From the NCBI GenBank assembly GCA_963716175.1, contig OY970296.1, positions 352,001-416,000 of the forward strand: a stretch of 64,000 nt of DNA, read 5' to 3'. Position 1 is the stretch's first letter. Every line of letters starts with the position of its first letter. Positions 18,698 to 28,333 of this stretch are shown piece by piece. Made by a program: the position numbers and the translations under genes. The notes below the pieces were generated by a model. That model had not been told where the DNA came from and ran no database searches. It was given only the letters and a program-made list of their open reading frames with translations. The stretch is from an uncultured Armatimonadetes bacterium (GTDB lineage: Bacteria; Armatimonadota; Hebobacteria; Hebobacterales; Hebobacteraceae).

Positions 18698-18726
18698 ATA
18701 CTAGACCCTTTGGACCTGCGAAGCAA
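18698..18726 (-). promoter_or_regulatory. Sigma70-type promoter for the nitrogenase-like operon, predicted leaderless
   Basis: The minus strand reads TTGCTT-17 nt-TAGTAT-7 nt-GTG. Confidence 0.5.
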
Positions 18727-18847
18727 GGACTGATTCCGCCCGCGCTGCCAACCCGCGGTCTCCCGCCCATGCCCGCACGGTGCTAGACGCCCATTGCTGT
18801 AACCACGGCAAGCAACGCATCCGCATCTGCCCCAGAGCCACGTCGCC

Positions 18848-18876
18848 TTGACAGAAGTCCTGCCACCGGCTACCCT
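18848..18876 (+). promoter_or_regulatory. Sigma70 promoter, repeated unit copy 1
   Basis: TTGACA-17 nt-TACCCT; the same arrangement recurs at 31508. Confidence 0.7.
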
Positions 18877-18881
18877 TGGCC

Positions 18882-19002
18882 CGTCTGGTCGAGGCAAGTC
18901 AGGCGGGAGTGGGAAGGTGGCTGCCGCATTGGCTGTGCTCATGCTTCTTGCACCGGTCTCCTCAGCAGTGTCGAGGCGCGCCTTCCTGGCGCGCCTTTTC
19001 TA
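18882..19002 (+). ncRNA. Candidate structured small RNA or attenuator leader, copy 1
   Basis: Collinear with 31542-31663; long stem-loop followed by a terminator. Confidence 0.5.
18974..19002 (+). terminator. Intrinsic terminator, repeated unit copy 1
   Basis: aggcgcgcc-ttcct-ggcgcgcct followed by tttct. Confidence 0.7.
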
Positions 19003-19141
19003 GTGGCCCTGCGCAGAGAACAGACCGCGGCTGCGTTGCTCCATACAGCCGGGTACGCATGGACGAGGAAAGGAGGTGAAGCGAAGCCCTGTGTCGCGTG
19101 ACATGTCGTAGCTGCAAGCAAGAGAGGAGGTCTGAGAGACC

Positions 19142-20176
19142 ATGGTCCGGAGAAGGCGTGGCTTCACCTTGATCGAGCTGTTGGTTGTGATCGCAATCAT
19201 TGCGATCCTCGCGGCGATGCTCTTCCCGGTTTTCGCCCGGGCGCGCGAGTCGGCCCGCAAGATCCAGTGCCTCTCGAATGTCAAAAACGTCGCGATGGCG
19301 GTCCAGATGTACCTCGCAGACTGGGACCGCTACATGGTGCTGGAGCACCGCGCTGAGGTGCTCGCCTACTACGACGCGAAGAACCCCGACGGCGGGTACA
19401 GCAGCAGCTATCACTGCGCGCACGGCACCTACTTCGCCAACCCCTACCTGAGGATGCCGGTGCTGCTGGACGAGTACATCAGGAACCGGGATGTCTGGCG
19501 GTGCCCAAGCGCGAAGTTCGAGCAGGGCGCAATTTCGATTAATGGCTGGCCGGACTGGTTCGCCTGGCGGCTGAAGTACGACGGCCAGGTGTGTCACACC
19601 AATACCTGCTGCCCCCAGTACCCAAACGGCTGGGGAGGCACCGTCACCGACTCAGGGGCCCAGCAGATGGTGGCAAGCGGCATCGGGGGGACTAAGGATA
19701 CCGCGCTTGGGGCTTTCGCCATGAGCCTCACCATCAACCGCGGGGACTATGAGGCCAAGGAGTCGCAGATTAGCGATCCGTCCACGCATGGAGTGGTCGC
19801 CGATGGCGGGAACGTCACGGATGAGCTGGCGGAGGCAACCGCGGCCTACCCCGACGTCTGCCTGCTGGACTGCGGCAACTCGGTGTGCAGTTGGGTGGAT
19901 TGGGAGAACTGCAGCGAGAACGCGAGCTGCGGCTTGTACAACCGGGCGCCCACGAGCGGGGTCTTGCTGAGCGACCTCCAGATGCGAAAGTCCTACGCGC
20001 GTCACTTGGGTGGAACCAATGTCGGCTTCTGGGACGGGCACGCCGCCTGGATCAGCTCGGAGGCCTTGATAGACGCCGTCGAGGCGGGCCAGCTCCAAGG
20101 CTTCGACGTGTCCTGGGGCCCGCGCTCCTACTGCGGCTTCGCCGAGGAGTACCCGGGAGTGCCGACACTGCGATAA
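19142..20176 (+). CDS. Prepilin-type N-terminal cleavage/methylation protein with DUF1559 and H-X9-DG motif
   Basis: [48 protein letters not shown] and [14 protein letters not shown]; GGAGG SD. Confidence 0.92.
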   Translation: MVRRRRGFTLIELLVVIAIIAILAAMLFPVFARARESARKIQCLSNVKNVAMAVQMYLADWDRYMVLEHRAEVLAYYDAKNPDGGYSSSYHCAHGTYFANPYLRMPVLLDEYIRNRDVWRCPSAKFEQGAISINGWPDWFAWRLKYDGQVCHTNTCCPQYPNGWGGTVTDSGAQQMVASGIGGTKDTALGAFAMSLTINRGDYEAKESQISDPSTHGVVADGGNVTDELAEATAAYPDVCLLDCGNSVCSWVDWENCSENASCGLYNRAPTSGVLLSDLQMRKSYARHLGGTNVGFWDGHAAWISSEALIDAVEAGQLQGFDVSWGPRSYCGFAEEYPGVPTLR

Positions 20177-20207
20177 GGGACCGAGCCTCCTGAACAATGC
20201 GCACGAT

Positions 20208-20244
20208 CTGCGGACGGAGCGGGACGGCAGCGCTCCGTCCGCAG
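20208..20244 (+). terminator. 14-bp hairpin after the prepilin gene (terminator or mRNA stabiliser)
   Basis: ctgcggacggagcg-9 nt-cgctccgtccgcag. Confidence 0.55.
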
Positions 20245-20483
20245 CGCTATCTGGTTGCGCGGCAGGAGGGCTGCCGGCTGCTACCGAAGACCCGGCCCCA
20301 GGCTAGACGCGTTATCCGCGGAAGGCAATTGATGGGTGTCTGGCTGTGATGCTCGTAGTGGCCGCCGCCACCATCGCCGCCGTCAACCGCACACGCGTCC
20401 CGGCTGCGGCCGGCCGCAAAGCCAAGGGATGATAGTGGAGGCGCTAGGATGAGCTACTCGCGGCTTCCGGTTGGGATTGCGCG

Positions 20484-22106
20484 GTGAGCGGGCCCGCGTG
20501 CGCAGGGGAGAGTGCGGGACGGGGGGCCTCGGTATGGGTCTCCTCCCCGTGGCAGCACGTGCTCAAGACAGCAAAGCCGGGCCCGACCCAGTCGGTTCGC
20601 CTAAGCGCTGCGCGCAATGAGTACGAGCCGGCGCGAGTGGTCATCACGGCAGGCGGCACCTCCCTGCGCGACGTTAATGCCGCTGCCAGTCCTCTGGTCG
20701 GCCCCGGTGGAGGGCAGATCGCGGCTTCCAATATCTGCTTCTACCGCGAGCATTACATCAACATCCACAAGCCTAGCCCCCGCTCCACCGCCGCGCCTGG
20801 GTGGTACCCGGACCCACTGATCCCGTTCCTTGATCCGGTCACCGGCCGCCCCATCGCTGAGGCCCGGTACCGTGGCGCGCCCTTTGATGTGGAGGCCCGG
20901 TGCAGCCAGGGCATATGGGTTGACCTCTACGTGCCGCGCAACACATCAGCAGGCGAATATGAGGGTGCGATTACCATCACCTGCTCAGGGCACGCGATCG
21001 CCCGCGTGCCGCTGTCGCTGACCGTCTTCGATTTCACTCTCCCGGACACGTTCGCGTTGAGGTCGAACTTCGGCTCTCTAGGAGGCAGCCTCGCGGAGCG
21101 CCTCGGGATGGACCGGGACTCTGATGAGTTCGCGCAGGTCGAGGTCCTGTACTGCGATACCCTCCTCGCTCACCGCTGCATTCCCAGCGGCCTGGGACGT
21201 ATCTGGCCGGATTGGAGCCCTGAGAAGGGCCTCGACGATGCGAGCAGTGTTGAGCGCCTGCGCAGCATGGTCCGGGAGCGGCATGTCAACTCACTGATGG
21301 TCCCGTTCCGGTACTGGGAAGAGCGCGGCAAGTGCGCGGCCTACCTGCGCGCGATGGAGGGCTGCCTGGACCGCCAGGGCTTCCTGGATCTCTGTTACAT
21401 CTACATGCTCGACGAACCGAACACTGCGGAGCAATACGAGACTGTCCGGCAGCAAGGAAAGTTGATTCACAAGGCCGCTCCCGGCATCAAGCGCCTTTGC
21501 ACTGAGCAGACCATCACTCAGGATCCCGCCTTCGGGGACCTATACGGCGCAGTGGACATCTGGTGCCCGCTGTGGGGGCTTTATGACGAGCAGACGGCGC
21601 GGGAGCGACAGGCCCTGGGTGAGGAGATATGGAGCTACACCGCGCTCTGCCAGATGGACGAGAAGAACCCATTCTGGGAGATCGACTTCCCGCCGATCGT
21701 GTACCGGGCGCCGTTCTGGGTGAACTGGCATCACCACATCAAGGGGTTCCTCTATTGGTCCAGCATCCACTGGAGGGACAGCGCCACAGCCTGGGAGGCG
21801 CCTCTCTATGACGACGCATACTGGGGCGAAGGTGTGCTGCTCTATCCCGGAAAGCCGGCCGGTATCAGGGGACCGGCGCCGTCCCTGCGCCTGAAGCTGA
21901 TCCGCGAGGCGATGGAGGACTACGAGTACATGGCGCTCGCAGAGAAGCTCGTCGGCAGGGAGAAGGTGGATCGAGTGGTCAGCTCGCGGGCGCGCTCTTT
22001 CACTGATTGGGACAGAGATCCTGACGCCTATCTGCGCGGGAGAACGGAGCTGGCGAACCTGGTCGAGCGAGCAGGTCGAGGCGGTGCCAGCAATCGGGAT
22101 CAGTAA
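20484..22106 (+). CDS. GH123-like / DUF4091 glycoside hydrolase
   Basis: AARNEYE, WYPDPLIP, IWVDLYVP, YMLDEP, WSYT, GFLYW, GEGVLLYPG and SLRLKLIREAMEDYEY. Start uncertain; an SD-preceded ATG at 20449 is out of frame. Confidence 0.82.
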   Translation: MSGPACAGESAGRGASVWVSSPWQHVLKTAKPGPTQSVRLSAARNEYEPARVVITAGGTSLRDVNAAASPLVGPGGGQIAASNICFYREHYINIHKPSPRSTAAPGWYPDPLIPFLDPVTGRPIAEARYRGAPFDVEARCSQGIWVDLYVPRNTSAGEYEGAITITCSGHAIARVPLSLTVFDFTLPDTFALRSNFGSLGGSLAERLGMDRDSDEFAQVEVLYCDTLLAHRCIPSGLGRIWPDWSPEKGLDDASSVERLRSMVRERHVNSLMVPFRYWEERGKCAAYLRAMEGCLDRQGFLDLCYIYMLDEPNTAEQYETVRQQGKLIHKAAPGIKRLCTEQTITQDPAFGDLYGAVDIWCPLWGLYDEQTARERQALGEEIWSYTALCQMDEKNPFWEIDFPPIVYRAPFWVNWHHHIKGFLYWSSIHWRDSATAWEAPLYDDAYWGEGVLLYPGKPAGIRGPAPSLRLKLIREAMEDYEYMALAEKLVGREKVDRVVSSRARSFTDWDRDPDAYLRGRTELANLVERAGRGGASNRDQ

Positions 22107-22119
22107 GGGGAGGTCCAGC

Positions 22120-23352
22120 ATGTCGTATCCTCTCATCGCTGGCGTGGCGATAATCTGCGCACTCATGGCGCCGCCGGCGAGGGCAAGCCAGGTAACTGTG
22201 GCCAAGGGCGGCCACCTGATGGTGAATGGGCAGCGGTTCTTCCCGCTGGGGCTATACGCGCGGCCCAAGACCGACCGGCCCTTCGAAGAGATGGCGGCGA
22301 TGGGCTTCAACCTGGCCTCATCAGCGTTTGATCCCACGACGTTCGATGCCGCGGCGAGGGCCGGCGTGTATCTGTGGGTACCGTTCGGCGAAGCTCTGGA
22401 CTTGTCGAGGGACCATGAGGCCAAGCAGGCGAAGATACGCGAGATCGTCTCTCGCGCCAAGGACCATCCCGCCCTGCTGATGTACGAGAGCCAGGATGAG
22501 CCCGCGTGGACCTGGAAGGAGCCGGCCAAGCCGTCCGCGCTGCCAGAGAATCTGGCCCTGGGCTATCAGCTCGTGAAGCAGCTGGACCCGAGTCACCCGG
22601 TGACACTCAACCACGCACCCCAGAACACCGCGAAGACGCTGCGCAAGTACAACGTCGCCTGCGATGCGATCTCGGTGGACATCTACCCGGTTATCCCGAG
22701 GAACATCCTGCACATGTATGCCATCACTCGGGATGGCCGTCACGGGGATCTCAGGAACCAGACCATATCGTGCGTGGGGGAGTACGTGGACAAGATGCGC
22801 CAGGTGGCCGGCCCGGATCGGCCGGTCTGGATGGTGCTTCAGGGCTTCGCGTGGGCCGATCTCGACGAGGAGGCCAGAGTGCAGTCGTCCATCGTCTACC
22901 CGAGCTATGCGCAGACGCGCTACATGGCCTGGCAGTCGGTCATCCACGGCTGCAATGGAATCCTCTACTGGGGAACACACACGCTGCCCGAGAACTCGGA
23001 GTGCTGGAGCGGGATCGCCAAGACGGTGCGCGAGCTGGCCGACCTATCCGCGGTGCTGAACGCCGACGAGGTGGCCGTGGCTATCGAGAAGGACTACGAT
23101 GAACTCGGGTACTCCATTGACGTTGGCATCGAGACATCGGTGCGCGACGCGAATGGTTCCCGCTACCTGCTGGCCGCCAACTCCGGCATCGATCCGGCCG
23201 CCTTGACATTCCGCGGCCGAGATCTGTTTGCCGACGGCGAAGTTCAGGTGGTCGGCGAAGGGCGCAGTGCCACCGTGGTCGGTGGGGCCCTGCACGACGC
23301 TTTCAAGGGTCTGGACGTGCACATCTACCAGGGCAGGAAGCCGGCTGGTTGA
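22120..23352 (+). CDS. Secreted putative glycoside hydrolase (TIM barrel)
   Basis: GGAGG SD; signal peptide; VNGQRFFPLGLY, HPALLMY..DEP, DPSHPV, SVDIYP, PVWMVLQGF and HGCNGILYW. Confidence 0.75.
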   Translation: MSYPLIAGVAIICALMAPPARASQVTVAKGGHLMVNGQRFFPLGLYARPKTDRPFEEMAAMGFNLASSAFDPTTFDAAARAGVYLWVPFGEALDLSRDHEAKQAKIREIVSRAKDHPALLMYESQDEPAWTWKEPAKPSALPENLALGYQLVKQLDPSHPVTLNHAPQNTAKTLRKYNVACDAISVDIYPVIPRNILHMYAITRDGRHGDLRNQTISCVGEYVDKMRQVAGPDRPVWMVLQGFAWADLDEEARVQSSIVYPSYAQTRYMAWQSVIHGCNGILYWGTHTLPENSECWSGIAKTVRELADLSAVLNADEVAVAIEKDYDELGYSIDVGIETSVRDANGSRYLLAANSGIDPAALTFRGRDLFADGEVQVVGEGRSATVVGGALHDAFKGLDVHIYQGRKPAG

Positions 23353-23459
23353 GGCCCCCGCCCAGGCAGTGGTTCCCGCGGTCGTGATTCCAGCGATAGC
23401 TGGAACGCGAGCGAATCGCTACCACCGCCGTCCCAAGGAGTCCCGGCGAGATTGGCCGC

Positions 23460-24876
23460 CTACTCGGCCGCGCCCGCCGCGACTGCGCGGCGGATGATGG
23501 CCCGGAGGTCCCGCTCGCACTCCGGCGTCAGGCTCGGCGTCTCCGGCGACGCGAACAGAAGCGCGCGAATCCGCTCCTTGACGCGTTCCCTTTCGGAGCG
23601 CGCCCCCGACGCCTGCCAGCCCTGCAGCGACTGCCGGTCCCAGATCGCCGGCTCCCAGAGCTCTTGGCGGAACCTCTGGGCAGTCAGCCCGGACCCCATG
23701 AAGTTGCCGCCGGGTCCCACCTCCTTGATGTCCGCGACCGCGCAGGTCTCTGGGCTGACTTCGATGGGCCGTATCATGTGGGAGATCGCGCTTGCCAGTT
23801 CGGCGTCGTGGATCATCTGCTCGGGCGAGCATACTTCGTCCAGCGAGAGCAGGCCTGCGTCCATGATCGCGCTGCCCGCGGACAGAAGGCTGGCCACAGA
23901 GATCATGCCCTTCTGCATCCCGGCCTGCACCGAGGGCTCCTTCGCGTCAGTCAGTCCTGCGCCAGCGCCGGAGGACACCCCGTAGAAGCGCGCGACCTGG
24001 GCAAGTATCGCCTTGACGGCCGCACGCTCCGGTCGGCCGCCCATGCTGCGAGCGCTCTGCATGTCTGCAACAACACCGAACCCACCGAGGTGAAAAGACC
24101 GGCCGCCCCACAGCGCCCGGCCGAGCATGCCTAGGAACAGAGCCTCCGCCAGCTTCAGTACCGCAGCCCCGGCCGGGGTGACCGGCGCCGAGCTCCCCAT
24201 GGACGGCATGTGGCCAATATGCCTCTGCAGGCCGCGGCGCCTGAAGTAGAGCAGCTGCTCGCACTCCGACCGCGCCAGCCGCAGCGGGCTGATCAGGTAG
24301 CCCACTGCGCCGAAGCAGTCCTCCAGCCTCTGCCCGGTCTCTTGGGCCCAGCGCGCGATACATCTCCACCAGGTATGGGCAGAGCCCTGTGCACTGAACC
24401 GTGCCCGCGGGCTCGGCGCCATACCTCCAGGCGTACAGCTTCTCCGCCAGCGGAGTGTAGCCAGCAGGAATGCCGGCGGGTTCAAACGGCAGGCCCAGCA
24501 GACTTACGCCGCTGACCTCTGGCAGCGCGTTCCCCAGCCGAATATAGTCCCGGAGAGCGTCTTCCGCGAAGGGCTCGAGTTGATCCGTCGCCGGGTTGAG
24601 ATAGAGGCAAGCGTAGATCCCCGCATAGCAGCCGAAGCTGGCCCGATGATTCTGCCAATCGTGCTTCTCCGAATCAGAGACGAACTGCTCCACACGTGCG
24701 GGCAGGAAGCGCGCCCGCTGCTCCGCCACGTTCACCTCTGCTCCGTGATTGGCCAGCAGCGAGAGAAGCTCCCTGGACTCGACCTGCGCACCGACCTCAT
24801 GCAGCACCCGCAGTGCGGAGCGGTGGATCTCCTCGACGCTGGATGCAGGCAATGGGTCGTAGAACCTCGGTGCCAT
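23460..24876 (-). CDS. Trimethylamine methyltransferase (MttB superfamily, non-pyrrolysine), frameshifted near 24355
   Basis: The N-half (IHRSALRVLHEVG) is in ORF 23947-24885. The C-half (APVTPAG, GRPE, GLTDAKEP..QAG, EVGPGGNF) is in ORF 23460-24485. The frames switch in a GCGCGCG run. Confidence 0.82.
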
Positions 24877-25058
24877 CGCGATCATCCTCCGCGATCCGCA
24901 CGGCGGTCTGCCGTCCTGCCTCCAGACCCTGAAAGCAGGAACCTGGAGGATGGGGTTCGCCAGAGCCCATCGGCTTCCTATCAGCAGTGGCCCAGGATCA
25001 GCCCAGCAAGCACGGCAAGGCCGCGCACCCGGACACTGGACCTGCGATCACCCGCCCC

Positions 25059-25087
25059 TTGATCCGGGAACCAGAATGCGGTATAGC
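25059..25087 (+). promoter_or_regulatory. Putative sigma70 promoter for the GH127 operon
   Basis: TTGATC-17 nt-TATAGC in a divergent intergenic region. Confidence 0.4.
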
Positions 25088-25267
25088 GTAGAGTCGGCTC
25101 GATGTTCTCAGTGGTGCTGGCTGCGGATGATCGCGGTCTGCCGTGCGGATGGCGAAGGCGGCGGAGAGCATCGGCCTGTGCAGCGGCGTATACGCGATGC
25201 GGGCCGCCGGAGCCGACGAGTCGCGAGGGGCGGGCGTAGGTACCCCAGCCCCATAGGAGGTCTGAGT

Positions 25268-27262
25268 ATGAGCACAGGCGGTCTGTTGCCACGCGCGTTC
25301 ATGCCGTTGCCCCTGGGCACCATCCGACCGCAGGGCTGGCTGCTCAACCAGCTTCGCCTCCAGGCGAATGGGCTGAGTGGGCATCTGGACGAGTTCTGGC
25401 CCGATGTCGCAGAGAGCGGATGGATCGGCGGCACAGCCGAGGCCTGGGAGCGGGGGCCATACTGGCTCGACGGGATGGTACCGTTGGCCTTTCTGTTGGA
25501 CGACGCGCGTTTGAGAACCAAGGTGCAGAGGTGGATGGACTACATCGTTCTGCACCAACACCCGGACGGATGGCTGGGGCCCATCCAGGACGTCGCCCGC
25601 GGCCGGCGCGCATACGACCCGTGGCCCGTGTTTGTGATGCTGAAGGCGATGACGCAGTACCAGGAGGCGACAGGTGACCGCCGGGTTATATCGGCAATGC
25701 TGAGATGCTTACAGCGGCTCAACTCGCTGCTAGCGGGGGAGCCGCTCAGCGAGTGGGCGCGGTACCGCTGGCAGGATCTGGTCTTGAGCATCCATTGGCT
25801 GTACGAGCAGACCGGCGATGGGTGGTTGCTGGACTTGGCTGGCATGGCCCATCAGCAGGGCCACGACTGGCGGGCACACTTCGCTGACTTCCGATATCGC
25901 GAGCGTGTGAGCAAAGAGAGCGCCTGCCACGACACCCACGTGGTGAACAACGCCATGGCGATCAAACAGCCTGGCGTGTGGTACCGCCAATCTCGAGACG
26001 ACAGCGACCGAGGCGCGGCGTCACAGATCGTCCAGACGCTGGACCGGTACCACGGGCAGGCCACGGGGCTGTTCACCGGAGACGAGCACTACGCTGGCAG
26101 AAACCCCTCGCAGGGAACCGAGTTGTGCGCGGTAGTCGAGTACATGTACTCGCTGGAAGTCTTGCTGAGCATCCTGGGAGAGCCGTGGCTCGGCGACCGA
26201 CTGGAGAAGCTCGCGTTCAACTCGCTGCCTGCAGCCTTCAGACCGGACATGTGGGCCCACCAATACGACCAGCAGGCCAATCAGGTGATCTGCCGCGTGG
26301 CAGAAGATCGGGTCTTCGCCACCAATGGGCCGGAGGCGAATATCTTTGGGCTGGAGCCCAACTACGGCTGCTGCACCGCGAATATGCATCAAGGGTGGCC
26401 CAAGTTCACCTCCCACTTGTGGATGAAGTCGCCTGACGGCGGCCTGGCCGGGCTGGCTTACGCTCCCTGTCGCCTCGCGACCGACATCGACGGCTCGCGG
26501 GTCCGCGTAACCGTCGACACCGACTACCCATTCGATGAGGTCATCACCATTCTGGTTGGCGTGGAGCAGCCGGTCAGATTCCCCCTGCGACTGCGGATCC
26601 CCGGCTGGGCAGAGGGCGCGAGCATCACAGTCGCTGATCGGCGCGCCGAGGGAGCGGAGGCGGGCGCATGGCACGGCGTGGCCCGGGAATGGCGGGGCGA
26701 GAGCAAGGTGGTGTTGCGACTCCCGATGCGGGTGAGAGTTGCCCGCGGCTATCACGACAGTGTGGTGGTCGAGCGAGGGCCACTGGTGTATGCGTTGGCG
26801 ATCGGGGAGGAGTGGCGTAAGATCGGCGGGGAAGAGCCGCACGCGGACTGGGAGGTCTACCCCACCACGCCCTGGAACTACGCGCTAGAGTTAGCTCTCG
26901 AGCATCCCGAGCGGTCAGTCCGGTTCGACAAGCTTGCGGTCGCTAACTGCCCATTCTCGCCGCAGGCAGCGCCGGTCAGGGCGAAAGCGAAAGGTCGCCA
27001 GCTCGGCCAGTGGAGGCTCGAACACAACGCGGCCGGCGATCTGCCCCAGAGCCCGGTGCGCTCTCTGGCTCCAGCGGAGGATCTGACTCTCATCCCTTAT
27101 GGCTGCACGAACCTGCGGGTGACGGAGTTCCCGCTGCTAACGTGTTTCACCGAAGGAAGTGATGGCGAAACCCCTCAAGGCGCTTCCGAGGGCGCCAAGA
27201 AGCCCGGCGTCCATCACTTCGGTACGCGAGCATCATCGGACGTGAGTGGACTCTCGAGATGA
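25268..27262 (+). CDS. GH127/GH146 beta-L-arabinofuranosidase-like protein
   Basis: AGGAGG SD; PQGWL, WERGPYWLDG, HVVN, GTELCAVVE, CCTANMHQGWPK, TDYPF, LRIPGW, RGPLVY and LIPYGCT. Confidence 0.9.
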   Translation: MSTGGLLPRAFMPLPLGTIRPQGWLLNQLRLQANGLSGHLDEFWPDVAESGWIGGTAEAWERGPYWLDGMVPLAFLLDDARLRTKVQRWMDYIVLHQHPDGWLGPIQDVARGRRAYDPWPVFVMLKAMTQYQEATGDRRVISAMLRCLQRLNSLLAGEPLSEWARYRWQDLVLSIHWLYEQTGDGWLLDLAGMAHQQGHDWRAHFADFRYRERVSKESACHDTHVVNNAMAIKQPGVWYRQSRDDSDRGAASQIVQTLDRYHGQATGLFTGDEHYAGRNPSQGTELCAVVEYMYSLEVLLSILGEPWLGDRLEKLAFNSLPAAFRPDMWAHQYDQQANQVICRVAEDRVFATNGPEANIFGLEPNYGCCTANMHQGWPKFTSHLWMKSPDGGLAGLAYAPCRLATDIDGSRVRVTVDTDYPFDEVITILVGVEQPVRFPLRLRIPGWAEGASITVADRRAEGAEAGAWHGVAREWRGESKVVLRLPMRVRVARGYHDSVVVERGPLVYALAIGEEWRKIGGEEPHADWEVYPTTPWNYALELALEHPERSVRFDKLAVANCPFSPQAAPVRAKAKGRQLGQWRLEHNAAGDLPQSPVRSLAPAEDLTLIPYGCTNLRVTEFPLLTCFTEGSDGETPQGASEGAKKPGVHHFGTRASSDVSGLSR

Positions 27263-28245
27263 GTAAAGACGAAACAACACCTGGCAGGATGCTAGCCGCG
27301 ATCTGGCTTGGGCCTTCGCAGATGGAGATGCGAGAGGTGGAGGTTCCCAGGCCCAGCGCAGCGGAAGTCCTGGTGAAGGTAGTGGCCTGTGGGGTGTGCC
27401 ACACCGATGTCCACTGGTACGTAGGGGCGGCGTCCCACACCAGCAGGCAGCGCCCGCAGCCCAGGATATTGGGGCACGAAGTGGCTGGAATCGTGCAGGA
27501 GGTGGGCGGCAAAGTTGAGGGACTGGAGGCAGGGGATCGGGTGGCCCTGGCTGGTGGCTGGGGAGGCTATGCCCAATATGTGACTGCCTCTGCCAAGAAC
27601 GTCTGGAAGATGCCGGCTGGCATTGGCTTTGATGAGGCCGCCCTGTTGGACGGGCTGGCCTGCTGTGTGCACGGCATCAAGATAGCCAAGCCACGCCCGG
27701 GCGAGAAGGTGGCGGTGTTGGGGCCGGGACCGGCCGGGCTGTGCTATCTCCAGTTGGCCAGACTGTGCGGGGCCTCCTGGGTCGCGCTCACCGGCACCAA
27801 GGAGAAACGGTTGGAGTTGGGCCGGAGGCTGGGGGCCGACGAAACCATCAATGTCAGGCAGGAGGACACGAGAGAGAAGATCAAAGAGCTGACCGGAGGC
27901 AAGGGGATGGATCTGGTAATCGAGGCCTCGGGGAACCCGGCGGCGGCCCGCGATGCGATGCATCTGGCGCGCGACGGCGGCCGAGTCCTCATCTATGGGG
28001 TATACGGCAAGCCCGGGGAGATAGACTTGGACGCGATCATGTTCAAGCAGCTCGTGGTCCTGGGCTCGGTGTATGGACACGACTGCTATCTTGAGGCCAT
28101 GGAATCGCTGGTGGAGAAGAAGGTCAATGTCCTCGCTTATCTCACTCACCGCTTCCCCTTGGAGCGCACCCCGGAGGCCTTCCGCCTGGCGGCCAGCAAA
28201 CCCGAGGATTTCATCAAAGCGGTGATCGAAGTAGCCAGAGACTGA
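27259..28245 (+). CDS. Zn-dependent medium-chain alcohol/polyol dehydrogenase
   Basis: GVCHTD, ILGHE and GPGPAG; lacks the four-Cys structural Zn lobe; ATGA overlap with the upstream gene. Confidence 0.9.
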   Translation: MSKDETTPGRMLAAIWLGPSQMEMREVEVPRPSAAEVLVKVVACGVCHTDVHWYVGAASHTSRQRPQPRILGHEVAGIVQEVGGKVEGLEAGDRVALAGGWGGYAQYVTASAKNVWKMPAGIGFDEAALLDGLACCVHGIKIAKPRPGEKVAVLGPGPAGLCYLQLARLCGASWVALTGTKEKRLELGRRLGADETINVRQEDTREKIKELTGGKGMDLVIEASGNPAAARDAMHLARDGGRVLIYGVYGKPGEIDLDAIMFKQLVVLGSVYGHDCYLEAMESLVEKKVNVLAYLTHRFPLERTPEAFRLAASKPEDFIKAVIEVARD

Positions 28246-28333
28246 GGTGGCGCCGTGCCAGTACTGCTGACGACAGATGACAGGCCTTACATGAGCGCGC
28301 TGAGCAGCGCGTCGGAGAAGGAGACACTCAGGG

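Noticed and set aside
18691-18942. N-terminal extension of the D-like ORF
   Set aside because: Low-complexity translation that spans two promoters and the repeated cassette; family similarity begins after GTG 18690.
20300-20435. Short hydrophobic ORF (..CLAVMLVVAAATIAAVNR..)
   Set aside because: No convincing start or SD; at most a remnant signal peptide.
23460-24876. Pyrrolysine read-through in MttB
   Set aside because: No in-frame TAG; the Pyl-equivalent position is Leu, and the break is a frameshift.
27140-27262. Extra C-terminal domain on GH127
   Set aside because: About 40 unstructured residues after the TEFP family end, most simply stop-codon drift up to the next gene's ATGA.
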